Shown piece by piece: positions 7,605 to 15,903 of a stretch of 47,592 nt of DNA; position 1 is the stretch's first letter; every line of letters begins with the position of its first letter. The stretch spans positions 1 through 47,592 of the forward strand of contig CAZPBO010000002.1 in NCBI GenBank assembly GCA_964584815.1, given 5' to 3'. A program made the position numbers and the translations under genes. Source of the DNA: an uncultured Planctomycetota bacterium (GTDB taxonomy: Bacteria > Planctomycetota > SKW154). The notes under the pieces were generated by a model that was not told where the DNA came from, did not search any database, and saw only the letters and a program-made list of their open reading frames with translations.

Positions 7605-8773
7605 GGTGGCTGCTTATCGGAACACTTCTCTTCTGCGCCTTGATGGTAGCGGCTCAGCAGAGCAACGACGCTGTCATCATCGTCAACGGCGAGAAGATAA
7701 CAAAGGATGACTTTCTGCACACATCGCTTTTTATGACGGTTCCGTTCCTTCTGCGGGAGAAATTGCTTGAGCAGGCGGCAAAGAAAATGGGGGTCAAAAT
7801 TGATGAGGACGCGGTCAGAGCGCAGGCACGCAGGATGGTTGAACAGTTCAAGAAAGACCCACGCTCAAAGGAACACCTCGGTATGCTCAAAAAACTGGGA
7901 CTCGGCGAGAAGGCGTTGTTTGAGATGGTTTATCGCGACACCCGCATAAGGATACTGGGACGCGAGGTCGCAAAAAAACGCCGCCTCACCGATGAGTTCC
8001 TCCGCGAAAAGTTTGAACAATTCTTCCCCAAAAACGAAACCCTCTACCATGTGATGCTTATTCGCATCCACAAAAATGAAAAGATAAATGAGTTGCAAAG
8101 GGAAGCCGACAACACAAGAAAACAACTTCTACGCCTGCAGAACGCTATCATTGACCTGCAAAAGGCTGAAAAAGAACCTGTTAGTGTTCCTGACGCCATG
8201 CGCGATATGGTGGAGAAAAAACTCGGGAAGATGGGTGATACGCTGACGCTGAAGGAGCGTGACGAGGCGGTGAAAATAGCAAAACAGGAAACAGAAAAAC
8301 TGCGGGCAAAGATAAAACAACTGGATGAACGCCGCAAGAAGATAGAAGCAATGAGCGAGAAGGAATATGTGGAGATGGTGAAGGAACGCTTGGCGAAGGA
8401 GCCGTTTGAGAAGGTGGCACAGGAGGAGGCGGTGGGATGGCTGCGTTACCCTGAAGGTTATGACCCAGGCTATGCCAGATTGATTGCCTTCAAAAAAGAG
8501 TTGCGCCCTGTCATAACGGCGCTTAAAAAAGGACAGGTGAGCAAACCCGTCAAGACCATAATGGGGTATTTCTTCCTGAAACTGGTGGATAAAAAGGGAC
8601 CAGGGGAGTTGAAATTTGAGGATGTGCGGGAGCAGTTGAAGAGCCGCTTTGAGAAGATGCCCATCTATGACAGAGAGGTTGATGACCTCATCCGTAAACT
8701 GGAGAAGGATGCGAAGATAGAGTTGCGTTTTGATGCGGTGTTCGGCAAGCACACCAAGGAGAAGGGCAAATAA
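7601..8773 (+). CDS. SurA-N / parvulin-type peptidyl-prolyl isomerase-like periplasmic chaperone with a long K/E-rich insertion
   Basis: Signal peptide MRWLLIGTLLFCALMVAAQ, a SurA-N-like start AVIIVNGEKITKDDF, and a parvulin-like C-terminal block LKKGQVSKPVKTIMGYFFLKLVDKK. Its ATG overlaps the galE stop (ATGA). Confidence 0.5.
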   Translation: MRWLLIGTLLFCALMVAAQQSNDAVIIVNGEKITKDDFLHTSLFMTVPFLLREKLLEQAAKKMGVKIDEDAVRAQARRMVEQFKKDPRSKEHLGMLKKLGLGEKALFEMVYRDTRIRILGREVAKKRRLTDEFLREKFEQFFPKNETLYHVMLIRIHKNEKINELQREADNTRKQLLRLQNAIIDLQKAEKEPVSVPDAMRDMVEKKLGKMGDTLTLKERDEAVKIAKQETEKLRAKIKQLDERRKKIEAMSEKEYVEMVKERLAKEPFEKVAQEEAVGWLRYPEGYDPGYARLIAFKKELRPVITALKKGQVSKPVKTIMGYFFLKLVDKKGPGELKFEDVREQLKSRFEKMPIYDREVDDLIRKLEKDAKIELRFDAVFGKHTKEKGK

Positions 8774-8783
8774 GGAGATGGAT

Positions 8784-10157
8784 ATGAGCGGCAAGATGCG
8801 TTTCCGCGGTGGTATCCATCCACCCGAACAGAAGCATTACACAGAGGGAAAGGCAATAGAGGTGGCGCCTGTTCCCGATATCGTGCGCATCCCTCTACAG
8901 CAACACATAGGCGCCCCAACAAAGCCCTGCCTGACCCCAGGGGACGCCGTGAAGAAGGGGCAGATGGTGGGCGAGCCGACCGCCTTTGTCTCCGCACCCG
9001 TTCACTCCTCCGTCTCGGGCAAGGTGGTTGAGATAGCCCCTTACCCCCACATATTCGGAGCAGATGTCCCCTGTGTTGTGATTGAGAACGACAAAGAGGA
9101 GAAATGGGCGGAAGGCATAAATCCCGAAGGCATATCAGATGAGGAGTTGGAGAAACTGGAAGTTGACGAGATAAAAAAGCGTGTCAAGGAATGCGGGCTT
9201 GTGGGGATGGGCGGCGCCACCTTCCCCACACATGTCAAAATCTCCCCGCCACCGAACAAACCGATAGACACCTTCATCGCCAACGGATGCGAATGCGAAC
9301 CATATCTTACCGCCGACCATCGCCTTATGCTGGAGCACCCAAAAGAGATTCTTCTTGGAATGAAACTGCTCGCCCGCTGCGTCAACGCAAAACGCATAGT
9401 TGTGGCGATTGAGGAGAACAAGCCGGATGCCATAAAGAGCATGCGCGAGGCGGTGCAAAGTCTTGGACTTCCCTTTGAAGTCGTGGTGCTGAAGACCCGT
9501 TATCCGCAGGGGGCGGAAAAACAACTGATAAAGGCGATAACGGGACGCGAAGTGCCGCCACCCCCGGGACTGCCTATGGATGTGGGCTGCCTTGTGCAGA
9601 ATGTGGGAACCTGCCGCGCCGCATACTGGGCTTGTAAGTCCAATCTCCCGCTTATTGAGCGGGTGCTTTCCGTCACAGGAGACGGGGTGGAAGAACCAAG
9701 AAACTTGCTTGCCCGCATAGGAACGCCTGTGAAGTTGCTGCTTGATTACTGCAAGATAAAACCAACAGCGCGCAAGGTGATACTGGGTGGTCCTATGATG
9801 GGACTTGCTCAGTGGAGCGATGAGGTGGTTGTGAACAAAGGGACAAGTGGAATACTGGTGCTGCAGCAAACAACACCTGCCGAATACGGTCCCTGCATCC
9901 GCTGCGGCAGATGTGTTGAGGTCTGCCCGATAGGGCTGGTGCCGAGCGCGATATCGGTGGCTATGGAAGCAGAGGACTACGACGCCGCCGACGCGGAAAA
10001 TGTCCTTGACTGCATTGAATGCGGCTGCTGCACCTACATCTGTCCATCAAAGCGCCCCATCGTTCAATGGGTGAAGCAGGCGAAATCGGTGCTGATACCG
10101 CGCAAAAAAGCCGAAGCGGCGAAAAAGAAAGAGAAAGAAGCGGCAAAAAAATCCTGA
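8784..10157 (+). CDS. RnfC/RsxC-like iron-sulfur flavoprotein (SLBB plus 2x[4Fe-4S] ferredoxin domains), stand-alone
   Basis: MRFRGGIHPPEQKHYT RnfC N-terminus, VGMGGATFPTHVK nucleotide-binding block, CIRCGRCVEVCP and CIECGCCTYICP clusters. The start is chosen at ATG 8784 (AAGGAG 6 nt upstream); 8778 is also possible. No rnfDGEAB nearby. Confidence 0.8.
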   Translation: MSGKMRFRGGIHPPEQKHYTEGKAIEVAPVPDIVRIPLQQHIGAPTKPCLTPGDAVKKGQMVGEPTAFVSAPVHSSVSGKVVEIAPYPHIFGADVPCVVIENDKEEKWAEGINPEGISDEELEKLEVDEIKKRVKECGLVGMGGATFPTHVKISPPPNKPIDTFIANGCECEPYLTADHRLMLEHPKEILLGMKLLARCVNAKRIVVAIEENKPDAIKSMREAVQSLGLPFEVVVLKTRYPQGAEKQLIKAITGREVPPPPGLPMDVGCLVQNVGTCRAAYWACKSNLPLIERVLSVTGDGVEEPRNLLARIGTPVKLLLDYCKIKPTARKVILGGPMMGLAQWSDEVVVNKGTSGILVLQQTTPAEYGPCIRCGRCVEVCPIGLVPSAISVAMEAEDYDAADAENVLDCIECGCCTYICPSKRPIVQWVKQAKSVLIPRKKAEAAKKKEKEAAKKS

Positions 10158-10272
10158 CACTCTTGTCGCCGATGCAACAGGGGTGAACGGGCAATTTTTT
10201 GTGTAATTGTGTGAAACAAATCCCACCATCACTGGTATAATATACCAAAGCCAAGCGTTAGGAGATGGAGAT

Positions 10273-11721
10273 ATGAGGCGTCTTGTCGTCGTGTTGGCTT
10301 TGGTTGGTTTTGCATCGTTTCTTATCGCGCAGGATGAGGAAGAGGACCCCCGCATAAAGCAGGCGGTAAAACGGGCGGTGGCGTGGCTCAAAAGTCAGCA
10401 GAAATCCGACGGGCATTGGGAGTATAACCCTGACAGACCTTTCAAGTTGGGTATCGTGATGTATGAGGGATGCACAGCACTTGTTCTGTTTGCACTGCTC
10501 AAAGGCGGTGTGGACCCCGACGATGACTGCATAAAGAAGGGGTTTGCATATCTTGAGAAACATCCACCCCACCACACCTACAGCGTAGCCTGCTATGTTC
10601 TGGCATTGGACGCGCTGTATGAGGCACGATTCAAAAAGCGTGAGAAGAAGAAACTGGAGAAGAAAGGACGCAAGTCAATGACCGCGGTGATTGATGAGAC
10701 ATACAACCCCAAAAAGGATGTGAAGAAATGGGCGCCCAAAGATTTGGCGAAACTGAAGGAGTTGATAAAGTGGTTGGTGGAGCACAGAACGCAGCGTGTA
10801 TGGCGTTATCCGCCACAGGGGGAGGATATGTCCAACACCCAGTATGCGGTTCTGGCGCTGGCGGTGGCGCTGCGACGCGGTATCCCCGTTCCAAAAGAGG
10901 TCTTCGTGAAGATAGCGGAATACTGCATTGAGGCGCAGGAAAAAGACGGTCCTGAGGTGCCGTGGTTCCCTGTGCCGTTGGCGGACAAACCCATAAAGGT
11001 GCTTAAAGGACTTGAGAAGAAGATTGAGCGTGAGATAGCGAAGTTTGCTCGGGCAGCCAAACGAAGCAAACAAAAGGTGACCAAAGAAGATATAAAGCAG
11101 TTGCGCACATCGGTCATAAGGGAGTCGGCGGACAAGATTTTCCGTGGAGAGAAGAAGAAGATGTTTGCGCGGGGGTGGTGCTATATGTTCACGGAGAAGG
11201 ATGTGCAGCAGTTTGAGTGGCGCTTGATGATAACGGGTGCGATGACGACTTCAGGCATTGCGGCACTGTGCGTCTGCAAGCGGGCGTTAGAGGGAACACC
11301 CGAATGGCGTCGTTTGAAAAACAAGGTGGAACAGGGCATCAGAGACGGCGCTGCGTGGATTGCACACCACTTCACCGTCACAGCAAACCCTGTTGGCAAA
11401 CTCTACCCAGGTGGAAAGAACGGCAAAACACCCAGCCGCCCCGCCATACACCATTTCTACTTCCTTTATGGTCTTGAACGAAGCGGTATTCTGGGACTCA
11501 TACCCAAATTCGGGAAACACGACTGGTTCAAAGAAGGAGCGGAATACCTCCTCGGCTGCCAGACCTCTGACGGTTACTGGGAGGCAGGTGCCGGCACATC
11601 AGGTCCTGTTCCCGACACCTGCTGGGCTATCCTGTTCTTGAAGAAGGCGACAACCCCGATTGTGCGTGTCCCGCGCGATGTCGCCACAGGTCTCGCCAAG
11701 TGGTTCAAAAACAAAAAATAA
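10273..11721 (+). CDS. Secreted prenyltransferase/squalene-oxidase-repeat (terpenoid-cyclase-fold) protein, paralog A
   Basis: Start at ATG 10273 gives signal peptide MRRLVVVLALVGFASFLIA. AVKRAVAWLKSQQKSDGHWEY and CQTSDGYWE repeat motifs are present. Paralogous along its length to 31890..33446. Confidence 0.65.
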   Translation: MRRLVVVLALVGFASFLIAQDEEEDPRIKQAVKRAVAWLKSQQKSDGHWEYNPDRPFKLGIVMYEGCTALVLFALLKGGVDPDDDCIKKGFAYLEKHPPHHTYSVACYVLALDALYEARFKKREKKKLEKKGRKSMTAVIDETYNPKKDVKKWAPKDLAKLKELIKWLVEHRTQRVWRYPPQGEDMSNTQYAVLALAVALRRGIPVPKEVFVKIAEYCIEAQEKDGPEVPWFPVPLADKPIKVLKGLEKKIEREIAKFARAAKRSKQKVTKEDIKQLRTSVIRESADKIFRGEKKKMFARGWCYMFTEKDVQQFEWRLMITGAMTTSGIAALCVCKRALEGTPEWRRLKNKVEQGIRDGAAWIAHHFTVTANPVGKLYPGGKNGKTPSRPAIHHFYFLYGLERSGILGLIPKFGKHDWFKEGAEYLLGCQTSDGYWEAGAGTSGPVPDTCWAILFLKKATTPIVRVPRDVATGLAKWFKNKK

Positions 11722-11741
11722 ATTTGCAGGGAGGGGGCTTT

Positions 11742-11782
11742 GAACGGGCGTGGCACAGCACTACGCTGTTCCGCGCCCGTTC
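11742..11782 (+). terminator. Stem-loop after paralog A (possible terminator, no U-tract)
   Basis: GAACGGGCG (11742-11750) pairs perfectly with CGCCCGTTC (11774-11782), and the inner part is partly self-complementary. It is followed by CACTTGAAATT, so there is no T-run. Confidence 0.3.
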
Positions 11783-11843
11783 CACTTGAAATTCCATCCC
11801 TCAGACCTTATCATCCTTGCCAGACACTTTGAGGTCTGCTCAT

Positions 11844-12560
11844 ATGCGTTCTGCTATGCTCCTTATCCTGTGTGGTTGTGCAGGTGCTATGGCGCCGAAC
11901 CAGACTTCTTCCGCTCCCCCCACTCTTGGCTTCCGCGAGGGAGCCGAATCGGTGGTGGCGGAGAAAAGCGTTCCAGGACACAGACTGCCTCCACCAAAAG
12001 AGAAAAAACCGTCCCCTGCCCTTTCTAAATACCTTAAAGAAATCCGTGAGGCGCATAAGCAAACCATCAAAGGCTTTGAGACTCTTCTTTCCAGAGTTGA
12101 GAAGGCAGGAGGCGTTAAGGACAGGAACGCACTTCTTCGGCGTGCCGAGGAGGCAATGAAGGCAAAGCGTTACGCCGACGCCGTGCAAATCTACCTCGCG
12201 CTCCTACGCGCCAACCCCTGGGACAAAGACGCACTAAAAGGTTACCAGAAGGCTTGCCGTCTCTCAAGACGCAGACTTGTTATGCCAACCCCCAAGGTAA
12301 AGCCATCCACCACCACACATCCAAAACGAACAGAAACCCATCCTCCCCCTCAGAAAACAGTATCTTCTCCTCTACAAACCCTCTATGAGCAGGCAGAACA
12401 AGCCTATAAGTCTGGCGACTTCAAGAAAGCCGAACTCCTCTATATGCAACTTGTAAGCGAGGCGGTCGGCTCCACCGACCCCAAGGCGCCGCTCTTCTAC
12501 AGACTCGCCAAAGAGCGGATAAAGGAGTTGTCCAAAAAAACAAAGGAGAAGCAGCCTTGA
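11844..12560 (+). CDS. Lipoprotein with TPR-like helices, function unknown
   Basis: Start at ATG 11844 gives MRSAMLLILCGCAG (lipobox-like L-I-L-C). TPR-like AMKAKRYADAVQIYLALLRANPWDKDALKGY is present, with a Lys-rich tail. Its stop overlaps the TTG start of aspS (TTGA). Confidence 0.5.
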   Translation: MRSAMLLILCGCAGAMAPNQTSSAPPTLGFREGAESVVAEKSVPGHRLPPPKEKKPSPALSKYLKEIREAHKQTIKGFETLLSRVEKAGGVKDRNALLRRAEEAMKAKRYADAVQIYLALLRANPWDKDALKGYQKACRLSRRRLVMPTPKVKPSTTTHPKRTETHPPPQKTVSSPLQTLYEQAEQAYKSGDFKKAELLYMQLVSEAVGSTDPKAPLFYRLAKERIKELSKKTKEKQP

Positions 12561-14311
12561 GGACGCATCGTTGCGGGGAGTTGCGTAGACACCATATTGG
12601 TCAGCGGGTCACCCTCTGTGGATGGCTTGAGAATTTTCGCCATCACGGCGGAGTGGCGTTTGCAGACCTACGCGACAGGTGGGGCAGAGTCCAAATATTT
12701 GCACAACCCAACACAGAGGTCTGCGAAACGCTGCAGCAGACCCCCGCAGAGTCCGTGCTCAAAGTGACGGGAGTTGTGCGCTCCCGCCCCAAAAAAGACA
12801 TCAACCCCGACCTTCCCACAGGAGAGGTGGAGGTCGTCGCCGAAACTGTGGAGGTTCTCAATGCCGCCGTCCCTACTCTTCCCTTCCCTCCGAAAGACGC
12901 CCAGACAGTGGAAACCGCAACCCGCCTCAAATACCGATACCTTGAGATGCGTTATCCGCCATTGCTTGACGCGCTCATATTCCGCCACCGCCTTATCGCC
13001 TGCATCCGCAACTTCTTAAACGCTCGTGATTTCGTTGAGGTGGAAACCCCTATTCTTACGCGCTCCACTCCTGAAGGCGCCCGCGACTATCTCGTCCCCT
13101 CACGCATCCACCCCGGCAGGTTCTATGCGCTGCCTCAGTCCCCGCAGTTGATGAAGCAGATTCTTATGGTGGGCGGCATTGAGCGCTACTACCAGATTGC
13201 GCGCTGCTTCAGAGACGAGGACCTCCGCGCTGATAGACAGCCGGAGTTCACACAACTTGACCTTGAGGTCTCTTTCGCGCAGGAAGCCGATGTGATGAAC
13301 CTCGCGGAAGAGTTGTTCTGCAGTCTTTTTGAGGCGCTGCTTGAGATAAAGATTGAGCGTCCGTTTGCGCGTTTGGCGGTATCGGAGGCGCTTTCACGAT
13401 ATGGCACCGACGCACCCGACCTGCGGGTGCCTCTTGAGGTGGAGGATGTGACTGAAGCGGCAGCGGGAACGGAATTCGGCATCTTCAGGAGGGTGGTGGA
13501 GTCAGGCGGCGCCGTTAAAACGCTCAGACTCCCTGCGCTTCTTTCCCGCAAACAGGTGGACGCTTTGGCGGATAAGGCGGTGGAGTTGGGCGCTAAAGGG
13601 CTTTTGTGGCTCCGCGTTGAAGGTAACAGAGCAGCAGGTCCTTTGGCAAAGCATTTGGGGTCGTCTGCCGAGTTTTTCCTGAAGAGGACTCCTCTTACAT
13701 GGCTTTTTGTGGCGGGAGATGGAGAGGAATCGGCGCGAATTCTGGGACAACTCCGACCGCACGCCGCCACCGCCGCAAACATCTGGAAAAACGACCCAAA
13801 ACAGTTCCGCTTCGTCTGGATTGTGGACTGGCCGATGTTTGAGAAAGACGAGGAAGGTAGGCTTGTTCCGCTGCACCATCCATTTACGCAGCCGCATCCC
13901 GACGATATCGGACGACTTGAGAGCGAGCCGCTATCTGTGCGGGCGCGCTCTTACGACATCGTCTTAAACGGGGTGGAACTGGGGGGTGGGTCGGTGCGGA
14001 ACCACTTGCCCGATTTGCAGTTCCGTGTTTTTGAGGCGATGGGAATTGACCGTGCAACAGCGCAGCAACGCTTCGGCTTCCTCCTTGAAGCGCTCACTAT
14101 GGGTGCCCCTCCTCACGCAGGTATCGCCATAGGTCTTGACCGCTTGTGCGCACTTATGCTGGGATGCTCCTCAATCCGAGATGTTATCGCTTTTCCGAAA
14201 ACAACAAGTGCTTCCTGCCCCCTGACGGGGAGCCCTGCGCCTGTAGAACCCCAGCAGTTGGAGGAGTTGCACATAAACATTCGTCAGCGTGAGGAGGGCG
14301 ATGGAGGATAA
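12557..14311 (+). CDS. aspS: Aspartate--tRNA ligase
   Basis: 584 aa with a TTG start. OB-fold N-terminus HRCGELRRHHIGQRVTLCGWL, class II motifs FYALPQSPQL, RCFRDEDLRADRQPEFTQLD and GGGSVR...GIAIGLDRL. Confidence 0.97.
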   Translation: MRTHRCGELRRHHIGQRVTLCGWLENFRHHGGVAFADLRDRWGRVQIFAQPNTEVCETLQQTPAESVLKVTGVVRSRPKKDINPDLPTGEVEVVAETVEVLNAAVPTLPFPPKDAQTVETATRLKYRYLEMRYPPLLDALIFRHRLIACIRNFLNARDFVEVETPILTRSTPEGARDYLVPSRIHPGRFYALPQSPQLMKQILMVGGIERYYQIARCFRDEDLRADRQPEFTQLDLEVSFAQEADVMNLAEELFCSLFEALLEIKIERPFARLAVSEALSRYGTDAPDLRVPLEVEDVTEAAAGTEFGIFRRVVESGGAVKTLRLPALLSRKQVDALADKAVELGAKGLLWLRVEGNRAAGPLAKHLGSSAEFFLKRTPLTWLFVAGDGEESARILGQLRPHAATAANIWKNDPKQFRFVWIVDWPMFEKDEEGRLVPLHHPFTQPHPDDIGRLESEPLSVRARSYDIVLNGVELGGGSVRNHLPDLQFRVFEAMGIDRATAQQRFGFLLEALTMGAPPHAGIAIGLDRLCALMLGCSSIRDVIAFPKTTSASCPLTGSPAPVEPQQLEELHINIRQREEGDGG

Positions 14312-15771
14312 GACCTGTTTTTGCGCATCCTAACCCCGAAGAGGGCTACAAAAGCCTCATCAGCACCCACGCCTAACACACTCCACGGACATCCCATTAC
14401 CTTAATGTTCTTGCCGCTCTTTATGACAAGTGGGTCCCAACCGCCGAGCATATTGCGGTTGTGGTCCTCTGATGTCTGCCACGCCGCGAGCGCCTCAACA
14501 GGACCTCCCCCTTTAAATATGTTCTCCCCCACTGTCCCGCGGAATCCTTCCGCCCGCGCCCTGTCCAATGGCGTTGCACGCCCCTCAACTGGGGAGACAT
14601 GCCCGAAGTAACCCAGACGACGCATCTCCCGTGCGTGTCTGCGTGCCGCACGGCACAGGCGCTTATCTATCAGAAGCGGCAACCGCCCCAGCACGCGCCT
14701 GTAGCGGTTTATCAATTTCACCAGCAACGCCTCATCCTTGCTCAACCCCGCAACCGTTCTGTTTGCCGCCTCTATCCTATCCGCAATCAACTCAACCAGT
14801 ATCTGAAGCCGCCATCCCCGCAGTTTGCGCCACAACTCCTTCGCCTGACCAGACCGGCTCACCAGAAGCAGCGCCGCCTCCGCAAGCGTTATATCCTCAT
14901 CTCCCCCCACATCCTTACCCAGCACCTTCAGCGCCTTCACCACCACCCCATAACGCCTCTTCGCCTCCTTCAGTTGCGAAAGGCGCTTTATCGCATCCTC
15001 CTTTCTCATTGAGAGAAGTGTTTTCAACCTTCGTGAAAACGCTATGTGAAGGCAGTCGTAGGCACGGCGAACAGCGGCGAGTTCCTCTCTACTGGCAGGT
15101 TGCTTGTCCACAAAGACCTTTTGCAGCACAGCCAGACGCGCCTTCTCCCATCTCCCATACCAGCGCGCAATTATTCGCTTTGTTGCCTCATCCAGTGTCA
15201 ACCCCGCAAGCCGCAGAATCTCCCGCTTCCGCCTCTCAAGCAACACCTTCGCCGCAGACAGCAACTCCTCCCTCTTTCCTTCCGCCACACTACCGCTCTG
15301 TGCAACCCTCTCCACTTCCTTCTCGCCAACCTTCACGGATGGCACAACAGGCTCGGAACGGCTCAAGAACCCCAGTTTCTTGCGCGCATCCAGGTGGTTT
15401 GGGTCTATCACAAGCGCCTTTTCAAACTCATCCCGCGCCTGCTCAAACAACTTCACCTTCTCACACCACAACCCCAGACGGAAATGCTCGTCCGCGTCCC
15501 CACTCTTTATGTGTGCCGACTTCCTCCTGTAGATTTCCTCAGGCTCACCCTCCTCCACCTTCACCACCCGCTCAAGCGACAGCGTCACGCGTGCCCCGCC
15601 CTTCATCTTCACCACCATACATTCCTCGTCCCTGTCCACAACACGACCCACTATCACTCCACCGCCCTGCAAATATATTATGTCCCCAAAACAGACCCCG
15701 CACGCAAACAACGCCGCTATCAGAACCGTATACCGCAAACTTCTACCCCGACTATTGATTGTCAACCACAT
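14284..15771 (-). CDS. Secreted CAP/SCP (YkwD-like) domain protein with N-terminal beta/TPR-like module
   Basis: Signal/anchor RYTVLIAALFACGVCFG. The N-terminal module is homologous to 2857..4524. The C-terminal CAP block is LCRAARRHAREMRRLGYFGHVSP...GENIFKGGG...AAWQTSEDHNRNML. It overlaps the aspS 3' end by 28 nt. Confidence 0.7.
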   Translation of the reverse strand: MWLTINSRGRSLRYTVLIAALFACGVCFGDIIYLQGGGVIVGRVVDRDEECMVVKMKGGARVTLSLERVVKVEEGEPEEIYRRKSAHIKSGDADEHFRLGLWCEKVKLFEQARDEFEKALVIDPNHLDARKKLGFLSRSEPVVPSVKVGEKEVERVAQSGSVAEGKREELLSAAKVLLERRKREILRLAGLTLDEATKRIIARWYGRWEKARLAVLQKVFVDKQPASREELAAVRRAYDCLHIAFSRRLKTLLSMRKEDAIKRLSQLKEAKRRYGVVVKALKVLGKDVGGDEDITLAEAALLLVSRSGQAKELWRKLRGWRLQILVELIADRIEAANRTVAGLSKDEALLVKLINRYRRVLGRLPLLIDKRLCRAARRHAREMRRLGYFGHVSPVEGRATPLDRARAEGFRGTVGENIFKGGGPVEALAAWQTSEDHNRNMLGGWDPLVIKSGKNIKVMGCPWSVLGVGADEAFVALFGVRMRKNRSYPPSPSSR

Positions 15772-15855
15772 AATTTTACAGCCCGCTCAACAGGGATTGT
15801 CAAAGTGGCGTAAATTCTGAAAATCCGATACGCTTCTTTCACAAAACAGTAGCCT

Positions 15856-15883
15856 TTGACGCTTGCTTTGCTGCGGGTAGAAT
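15856..15883 (+). promoter_or_regulatory. Sigma70-type promoter for nagA
   Basis: TTGACG (15856-15861), 16-nt spacer, TAGAAT (15878-15883), about 20 nt before ATG 15904. Confidence 0.5.
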
Positions 15884-15903
15884 GGTTGCTGAAGGAGAAA
15901 ATC

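Noticed and set aside
8730-8783. Upstream extensions of listed ORFs (rnfC-like 8730, dnaE 20897, arcC 19851, nagA 15856, htrA 29137, hypB 47010, hypF 46294, lipoprotein 29263, esterase 4563)
   Set aside because: In each case an internal ATG or TTG preceded by a GGAGG-type RBS gives the canonical family N-terminus or a clean signal peptide. The extensions overlap upstream genes or promoters.
10273-11721. Calling the two prenyltransferase-repeat proteins squalene-hopene cyclases
   Set aside because: They are about 480-520 aa with signal peptides. I could not see the SHC DxDD(TA) catalytic context or a full set of QW repeats. Only the generic alpha/alpha-barrel repeat motif is present.
14568-15758. 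396-aa Pro/Ser/Ala/His-rich ORF on the plus strand (also 14599..15012, 15046..15813, 15104..15532)
   Set aside because: It lies entirely antisense to the well-supported CAP-domain gene. It has low-complexity composition typical of the reverse frame of a GC-rich gene, with no RBS or motif.
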